Source: Trichoplax sp. H2 (Eukaryota). Taken from it: a stretch of 64,000 nucleotides of DNA. The position numbers were made by a program, and so were the translations under genes. This document shows, piece by piece, positions 55,117 through 64,000 of this stretch; the stretch's first letter is position 1; the number at the start of each line of letters is the position of its first letter. The stretch is taken from NCBI GenBank assembly GCA_003344405.1, contig NOWV01000029.1, positions 124,001 to 188,000 on the forward strand, in the 5' to 3' direction. The notes beneath the pieces are model-generated. The model searched no databases, was not told the origin of the DNA, and saw only the letters and a list, made by a program, of their open reading frames with translations.

Positions 55117-58100
55117 ATGTTTATACCTTGTGACTCCGTTGATCTTCCAAATTGCTCTCAATATACCCTAATCTTGGTAAAATTTAGATTGTAGATGTTG
55201 ATTGTAACTAGATTATACTTGTATAATGTCTACGATATGTCAAGATTAGTGTTACTTTTTGACTACGGATGTAATGTAAATTCTTGGAAGGTTAAATTAA
55301 TCACGGAGGAAAAATAACATGGGTGTTATTAATATTTCTATCGAACTCTTTTTTCGTTTTTATCTACTTTCAAGTGCAAACTTCATCAGTTGCATTATAC
55401 AATTACATTAGAATCAATAGATAGTTTTAGTTTGCTTAATTTACACTGCATCGAATGCCATAAGTAATCGATCGCCCTATACTTGGATTTTTAGAAATAC
55501 TCTCGTACAACATGAACTGACTTATTTACGGCAAACTAGTGCTCTCTGACTTTTACCTGCCACGACCGTATTTAAGGATGAACAAATTGAATAATCTATC
55601 TTGATCAAGCTAGTATTGGGTATAGTCAGCATTAAGCAAAGGCTATCAAGGGAATTGTTCTAGATCACGAAATAGAAGCAATGTAATGGTTTTCCCTATA
55701 CTACATGTAGTATTATTATTTTTGATTCAGCATAATTCTTTGTTGTTTTGCTGACGTAACGACACGTACGCAAGAATTTTGCAGCCAAAGCACGATGGTA
55801 GAGAGATTTACTTTATTCCATCATTGCTGTATGAAATTGGATACAATTTTGATGCAAAATTACGGATATCATACAATCATCATAAAGTAATGCGCTAAGA
55901 ATTCTATTTAAGTAATAAATGAAACATGATGAGAAAGTCGATAGCCTGCTTCAGGCATCCGACAAAACCCGATTGATTGTTGAGTTTGCCCGTATTCTTA
56001 ATGCCGATTAAGTCGTCCTTGTTGACATTATAATATACTGCACGATATGGTGATCGGTTATTAACTTTATGTAGGCAATAGCAAAATTTACTCTTCATTC
56101 CCTCTTCGGAATAAATGCATGATGTTGTAACTCAATCATTTTCGCTATATTTGAGTTCTATCTTATGAGCATTACTTCTATCTTATAGCCTTCATCCTCA
56201 GTACAAAATGTTGGCCAGTTAGCTGTGGATTTACTGATTTCTACCATGGACTGTCAACTGATTGGGTATTGGCATCATTCTTGTTTATTACCTGTGGTTG
56301 GCCATGATACATCCTGTAATCAGCAAGATAATAAGAATTGCCATAACCAGTTACTAACGCCTTCCCAAGGTAAATCAATTCAATTATGCATTACAGATTG
56401 TTTGAGAAGGAAAAATATATGAACGTATAATGCGATTGATACAGGCCAACTTTCAGTTAGACGAGTATCAGCAGGGATTCTAGCATCAGTATACATTGTA
56501 TACCATTTTAGCTAACTGTGTATCTCGGTAAATACTCGTATAAGTTGAATGAAATCAAGTTGCTTTATTAAATAGATTTTATTTGCGTGCAATAGCTGCA
56601 ATCACGGAAAACACTATCATAAGTAGAATGAAGCAAATAATAAATGCCTTAAGCACCGGGATTAACTGTGTCATTCATATAGTACATAGTAAAGATTAAA
56701 ACTAATTAAGTACCGTATATCGTACAAGTATTGCGAGGTGATGATGCAGCGCTGCTTTTAATTCGCGGTACTGTTGGATCTTGTATGATCTATTGTAACA
56801 TACGGCTATATATTAAATTTACCTACTATATTATAACGTGTTTACTAATTATAATATGTCTACTCTGTTCTTATCCATTTCCATAGTTTACATGTCTCGT
56901 ACGCAAAAATATGTGTTTATGCAAATTCGGTCTCCAGTTATTTCGGTAAGTTTATTAATTATATGCGTCACATGGATGATCTCTATATTATTATTACAGT
57001 AACGTATAAAGAGAGAAATATTCACTAGATTTCGTATAGTATTGTACAATATTCAATATTGATGATGTCGTATGAATTAAAGAGGTGAAGTTAATACATC
57101 ATGTTAGATGGATACGAATCCATTTTAAGACATATATTTTAAGGTCTAAATGGTCCTCGTTACGAAGTAACATTATCTTGGTGTCGGGGTTGTGTAGTTT
57201 TACATTTGTGGCAAATGATGCTGTAGAATGTGTTGATATATGTTGGAAAGGTAATTTCAATAATTATGTCAAGAAATTAATTTTGGTGTACAAAACAAAT
57301 TTTAGGGTGGTGCCGCGACATTTTGTGCTGACCTTGTAAAGTGGATTAGTCAGAAGGGTTTCCATCGCGTTGTTCTTGCTACGAGCTGTTACATTCACGA
57401 AAAAATTAACACCAGTATAGGAAGGTTTGATAACCCTGTAACTTCATATATGAACACGATACTTTGTTCCAAAGAGTAGATAAAATTCAGACTAGTCATA
57501 TTTGAAGCCTTTTTAAATTTGCGCGTATGTTACTGACAATATTGATAAAAATTTAAAAGATATTTCTGGGCGTGGAATACTTAAGTAGGTTACAATGTTT
57601 CTTTACAGTGGATTTAGATATTTGACAAGTCGTGCAGCTTGTGAATTAAGAGATCGGTTAGAGAACAATTGCTCCTGGGTAGGATTAGAAGAATGCCCAT
57701 CAACTATTGGCAAGTAGAATAGAAACTATTTGATAATAGATTTCATTACTCATAAAATTATAAAATATTAACTAAAATATACTCAGTATAGTTCTAACAG
57801 TAAAATGCTTTTTCTGAGAATTTCATCCTAAATAGCTAATTTTAATATCAGATGTCTAATTTAAGTAACTTTTATATCAAAATTAGATGGTGTTGTAGAT
57901 CAAAGTGATACAGTTCTTATAGCTGGCGGAGGGTTTGCTAAGAAATTTTTTCTTGAATGGTATGTTATGACGTATTGTACGCTGCCTTATAAAATTATAA
58001 CATCAACCATTCAATGATTAATATTTCTCTCTTGTGATCATGCTTTCTATACTCTAGTAACAAAGAAAATATTCCTTTAATTGTAATAATATCACTATGC

Positions 58101-58525
58101 ACCGAAGGAAATGCTATTGAGATGGCGTTGCGATTGGATTCACATCTCAATGATTGGCTACAGTTTCTACCGGTAAAAAATGATCATTTGCTATTATCTG
58201 CTAATAGTACTATAGCACTGATATACTATTGCATATGTAAAGGTTATAGCAATGTCTGTTTTTCATTTCTTGATAGCATCATCAACAACAATCTTCTGTC
58301 CATCCGGAACAAGGATTACTTGGTATGCAATGATCAGCTTGAATAATATACAATATGCGTATATTGCTAAATTTTGACACAGATATCTGTTATCGATATC
58401 GGTCGTTGCTCAATATCATATGTACGTATATTGATTGCTGTATCTTTGAATTTATAGCTCCGTGGATTATGCCGAAGTCGTGGGAAGTATTGCTAAACCG
58501 TCATGTTCCGTCCGATCTCTATTAA
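55117..58525 (+). CDS. PSMG2: Proteasome assembly chaperone 2 (PAC2)
   Basis: Exon 1 MFIPCDSVDLPNCSQYTLIL (55117-55176); PSSSVQNVGQLAVDLLIST..LLPVVG; MQIRSP; IAGGGFAKKFF; CTEGNA..HLNDWLQFL; terminal WIMPKSWEVLL..SDLY*. Confidence 0.92.
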
Positions 58526-59586
58526 GGATAGTATTAGGTTAAGATAGACTGCAGACTCTTTTCTGCATGATAAAATTTGTACTATTAATATCTATATTAA
58601 TGACTATATTTATATTATAAGCGAAATTTAAGTAGCATTTGCTCACGTAGACCCTGTAAATTGCTATTGTCATAAGGCATTAACTTATCTTATCTGGCTA
58701 TAAATACAGCATAATAGACTACGCTATATCTATGCGTGTATGCTATAGGACTTTTGTAAGAAATAAATAGCTTGAGCAGCGCAACTTTTTAGTAAGTAGT
58801 CGATGTTAAGAATCTTTATAATTATATGGTAATTTTCGTGGACTGTTGTACAATGTTTCTGTATGTATTACTGATCTGTTGCAGCTCATTTTAATAATAA
58901 AAAGGTATTAAGTGCAATATTCTCTTCAACTAGTGAGGAATCTATATAATTCAGGACACTATTTAAACGTACCATGGCAACTGTAATTCTGAATCATTTA
59001 TTAATTCGTTTCAATAATATTAGTTCAGTTAATAATACCATCTTAATAATGTGACGAGATATCGTATCAAAAATGAATTCTATACTGTTATACTTTAAAT
59101 GTTGTCCTCGTAGGTATGTGATCATTTTCATTTTAAATTTTACAATAGTAATAATGTCTAAGGCCAAGTCACGCAGATTAAGTATATCCGTTTAAATTTC
59201 AAAATTAGAAGGTCAAATCAGTGTTACAGGATTTGAAGTAATAGTCTTATAGCATAAATACATGATATAAAGATATAATTTGAACTACTATATAGTATAT
59301 ATTATTGAAGAAAATTTGTAAATCAATCAAGATATCTGTGAAACCACATTCAATTTTCCACAGCATGCATTAGAACAACCAGAGTACTTTTCATGAAAAA
59401 GTGCAACCTTAACTAGGTACCGGAAGTACTGTACTACGCCAATATATACTTCATGATAGAATTTTTCTGATGTTAACTGCTACTAGATTATTATTTCATG
59501 ATGTTGGTGTTGAAGTTTAGCAGTTGACAGTTTATATTAAAATTTCTAAGAATTTTAGTAGCATCTTTCATTGATGTAAATATTGA

Positions 59587-61988
59587 TTATATCTTCCAAG
59601 GAGCGTTTTGTGATTGTATCTTTCGATTAATTTCAGCTAAGATATACATCGATTTTTCCTTTGGAATATTTAAGCGTATTGGTTTATCCATAAGTGGATA
59701 GGACAGTTTGTTCTCTTTATAGGTTGGTATTGAATAGATAATTCTGGACTTATTTTTGGATCCCTTTGGCCTACCTCTTTTTCTTTTGTTCGTATTATAG
59801 ATCAAACCATTGGAATTGTTGCATAGGTTATTATGATTGATTGACACTTTGGATGTGTTCGGTGCTTTCGAGGTATAACCTTGATTAGTTTGAATCTATG
59901 CCAAGAAAATATTAAGCCGATATTTTACTGTATTTAAATGTACAAAGGACTAAAATAACAGTACATGGATTTGTTGGTAGGGATGTACTTTTGACAAATA
60001 ATGTGTAAGCATGATTGCATCGATAATAACGGTGAATTAAACATTTCAAAATACTGTATAATAATACCAAAGCCACTTACGCTGTTTGTCAGTTGTATTT
60101 TTCTTGGTCTGCCAGGTCCTCTTTTAATTCCATCCTCTACTTTTATCTTTGGTCGTTTCGTGAATGGCTTATTAGAACTTTTAACGACTTTTTCCCTTGG
60201 CTAATATTTTATTAATTGATGATGTTAAAATATGACATGGTAAAAATTATGATCAATGATATAGAGACAATATTTATAATGTGTTACACTTACCGGTACA
60301 ATTTTTTTTAGATTGTATCTCGTGGTACGCTTTCTTGTAAGTTTTTTCCTTGTTTGTATATTGTTGAGAGATCTTGTAGCAATAACTACAGAGTAGTACA
60401 CGTATATATGGTAAGTACTTAAGTTTAATGATGATTTTTATATCTATCTATTTTATTTTATTATTCTAACAGGTAAGCATTTGAGATTGTAATAAGGACA
60501 ATCAAAATAAAGATCAATACTGCTGAATGGATTCTTTTCTCAATGAATGCCTACCATTTTGTGCTTCGCTCTCTTGACGGCTTCGATTAGCTATAAAGAT
60601 ATAACCACACTGACATACCTTTCTTGCAATTGGCACCTATAAAATATAAGATGATCAATTTTTAGCCACGTTCTTTATTACAGGAGTTTCATAATCCATA
60701 AAATAGTCTCCGTGTCCACTGCTAAAAATGTAGTGTCTTTCGACGTTCTCTGCTGATTAAATTATGGTCACCAAATTTGAGATATGCTACTGATTATTTA
60801 TCATGGATGTCATCTGGAGAGCATTCGTAATAGTGTATTATCATTTTATATAAGTAAGGAAAAATTGATAATTTAATTTAAAATTCTGTTGTATGAGAGA
60901 TGATTTTTTATATTTGGTAAACCCTTTATACATAATTTTAAATTGTAACAGCACTATCATAGTAATGTCAGTGTGTCATTGAAGGAGAGTTTACAGTCTA
61001 CTGTATACCATCTAGCCATAGATATTTGATAACCAATTCTATTCTAATAGGAGGATTACATCATGTGCATTTGGTTTGCTTATGATTCTCTTTATAAATT
61101 GGAGTTAGCCGTAATAACGTTATGATGCATTTAAAGGATTGTCTCTACAATATCGAAATGAATGCATAATCATTTTACTAAAATTACTGTATGCGTAAAT
61201 TCTCGACGTGTGAATGTAATTAAGTAATCAAAGTTATTAAATGTCCATTAAGAATAAGAATAAAGAATGAAATGCAGGACTACCGTATCTCTGTAATAAG
61301 ATACTCGTATCGTAGTGTACAACTTTCAATACGTAGTCATCTTGACTATTCCAAAATGGCATTTGGATATTATTACCATCGTTATTTGCATAGGGGTGCA
61401 GAATATGAATTACTAACGTGCGCCTACTAATTAAGAATATAATCCCCAAAATCTGTTTGAATAACAATAATAACAAGGCAATTTGGATAAGCTACTTCTT
61501 ATTCAAACGCTGGAAGAGGATGAATTAGTCATTTTATCCTACTTTTTAGTGGTCCTATTTTTTCTTTTAGTACAGATTACATTTAGTAAGAAAGCTTTTT
61601 CCATATTAGTATTTATGAATGAGGAGATTAGTATCTTTTCAAGACTAAATTAGTGAATGATTGAAGGTGATGAGATTAATAGTGTGATAAAATTGTGTCA
61701 TTTAGATAGTCCTCTTGGTGATTGTTGAAGAATATGGATAGTAAGAAGCAACGGAATGATTGAAAAAAAAAAGGCTTAACCATATTGCGAAAATTTTTGA
61801 ATTGAAATAGAATACAATTTCACAAAATAAGTGAATATTCAGAGCGAACTGAGAGATTGCCATGATGGGTTGTACTATTTGTCATCGCTGATGCCATATT
61901 AAGATATTTTACAGAAAGAATAAATGGACGAGTAATTTTTTATTTTACCTCCTCCTGCTTGATCATTCAAGTTATGATTAGAAATCAT
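59587..61988 (-). CDS. Uncharacterised basic protein with two AT-hooks; exons 61988-61949 (tentative), 60636-60619 (tentative), 60385-60294, 60200-60081, 59895-59587
   Basis: Phase-consistent GT-AG chain encoding KRGPGRPRK and KRKRGRPKGSKNK; the last three exons are well supported by splice sites and frame, the 5' part is inferred. Confidence 0.6.
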
Positions 61989-63240
61989 TATGATCAATTT
62001 TATTTTTCATTTTACTCTAGTGTCAAAATGAATTTATCGATCGTTGTTAGCTTGTAAATGATTGTTGTTGATATTGGTCGATCATATAACGCCACTTCTA
62101 GCGTCCTTCTCCTCGAACTTGTATTTTATTGTATGAGTAAATATGTTGGGTGTCATTTTGAGATCGGGATCTTGAAATCAATTTGTATCAAAATTTTCAG
62201 GTATCTATTATAATAATTAATTTACGATGAATGAAATGCATTTGTCAAAGGTAGACATCATGTCACTAGTTTGTGTCAGTAGATGTAGTCTATAAATCGT
62301 TCGGTAAAAGCGATTTATCATTAGAATTGATCATTTTTGATATTATATCATTTTTTTTTGGGGGGGGGGAAAGGATTTATCCTATAGTTGGTGTAGTACT
62401 GCCTGTTTTCTTTTTGGACTAGCGATTTGGCTGTACTGCTTTACGCTTGTATGGATGAGAATATTATTTCAATGATTAATGATGAATTATAATTTGAATG
62501 AAAATGGATGATAGAGTTTGTATGTTAAAATAGAAGGACATTGCTATTTATGAAGAGGCAATTTCTTTTTTTTTGAAATGGACATTGGGGCCATTTGGAC
62601 TTTCAACGATGGCCAAGAAATTGCAGTTTATGCCTATTGCATTTTCCCTGACATCATCTATCCTACTGTACAGACTATCCAAATTGAAGGCAAAGCAATC
62701 CGGGAAGGCGATAAAATAAAATGGATTTTCCATCAAAGATGGCCCATTTTGTAAGCGATACTCTATCCCATGGTTGGCTAGTGGAGATGATGTATCTCCT
62801 TTTCAATAGGGTTGCCAATGGAAATGCCAATTCGTTGAAGGATTAAAGTAGAAGTAGTCGTCTGCGCAATCATGGACAATGACGTATTACTGTATTATTG
62901 TTATCCAAATAGTAAATAGTGATTTGGAGCTGCTAGTCTAATGAAGGATTGAATATCCAATGAGCAAGCCAAGAGGAAATTATCCAGTTGCATTAGCTCA
63001 TTTTCCAGCTAGCAGTAATAGCGCTGACGCCATACTAGTTAGTTCCAATGTCCAGCCATGTTGCTCTTGTGTATTGAGCAAGAACCCTTTTTGGACGATA
63101 CGATTTGCTTTCTCTGCCTCTCCTTGCTGTATATGAACAACATTTGAATCGATGATGCCTATTCCATATCTCCATATCATAATATCATTTCAAGGTTATT
63201 ATTGAATCATTCTCATTTATAGAAATGAATAATTTCAATT

Positions 63241-63260
63241 NNNNNNNNNNNNNNNNNNNN
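63241..63260. other. Assembly gap (20 N); other gaps at 7324-7343 and 29422-29441
   Basis: Runs of n in the sequence. Confidence 0.99.
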
Positions 63261-64000
63261 CCCCAAAAAAAAAAGGATATGGCATCGTTTTATTCTCATT
63301 TTTCAATTAAAAGACGCCGCAATTGCTATCCTTGGACTAACCTTGCTCTGGCAATTGGGGCAACTTTTTCGAACCATTATCAGCGGATGATGGTGATTGA
63401 TTGTCTGTTATACAACGTCAAAGTAGAAAGAGATCATAGAGAAGGATAGTCTAGGCTTAAGATAGTCTTATCCTTCTAGAGTGTAGAAGGATAATCTAGG
63501 CTTCCATAATCATCCATCCCATGATGGGCCAAATCATTTTTGCTGTTGGCAACGAGCAACATCCAAGACTGCAGTTGTCCAGGTACTGCAGACCGACTAG
63601 GAAAGCTGTGGCTTGTGATAGGGTAGTGTATCCAATGAGTGATAGCGTAATACGATTGTGGCTGTATACCGGCGTCGACTACTGCAAGTCGTATGAGTCT
63701 GCACCGGCACAGTCATAGCGTGACGATGCTTGCGCTCATCATGTGCAAAATGAGCTGTCACTTAAACAAGGGTATTATTCCTACGAAATCCCTTATTGAA
63801 AAGAGGCTAATACTGACACTTTATTTTGCACATTGCTTTTCTTCCTGGATCTCTTGCAAGCAAATTGCAATTTTTTTCTAGCATTTCTCTTCTTTTCATG
63901 GCAGAAATGCCATCTTTCAAGATCAGTCTGGACTGGATTAGGATATACTGTAGACTACTCAAAGAAGTACAAGAGTACAGTAGAAGAATACGCATAGGCT

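Noticed and set aside
62548..63995. Short ORFs on both strands near the right edge and a small hairpin near 63468-63494
   Set aside because: No recognisable motif or consistent exon chain, and interrupted by a gap; may be decayed coding or repeat sequence.

Overview
AT-rich, intron-dense eukaryotic (animal) genomic DNA, not prokaryotic. Gene content, short introns and compactness are most consistent with a placozoan (Trichoplax-like) genome; that identification is an inference. Nine protein-coding genes were reconstructed by hand from GT-AG exons: first exon of meckelin/TMEM67 (-), syntrophin (-), IMPACT (+), DDX1 (-), EXOC2/Sec5 (+), L-fucose kinase FCSK (-), NELFCD (+), PSMG2 (+) and an unrecognised two-AT-hook protein (-). 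The most interesting signal is non-coding. The three divergent promoter regions are full of TACAGTA/TACTGTA tracts, and aligning duplicated (probably allelic) copies shows TA -> TA-CAG-TA / TA-CTG-TA insertions at lone TA sites, which matches the Tc1/mariner excision footprint. These tracts may therefore be piles of nested transposon scars rather than ordinary microsatellites. Also seen: a 53-bp hairpin element with a 9-bp target-site duplication next to its empty site, a U12-type intron in EXOC2, a palindromic RFX X-box upstream of the ciliary gene TMEM67, and a DEVD instead of DEAD motif in DDX1. Three 20-N scaffold gaps are present, two flanked by duplications that look like uncollapsed haplotypes. 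Exon boundaries were read by eye, and orthology calls rest on remembered protein motifs rather than database searches.
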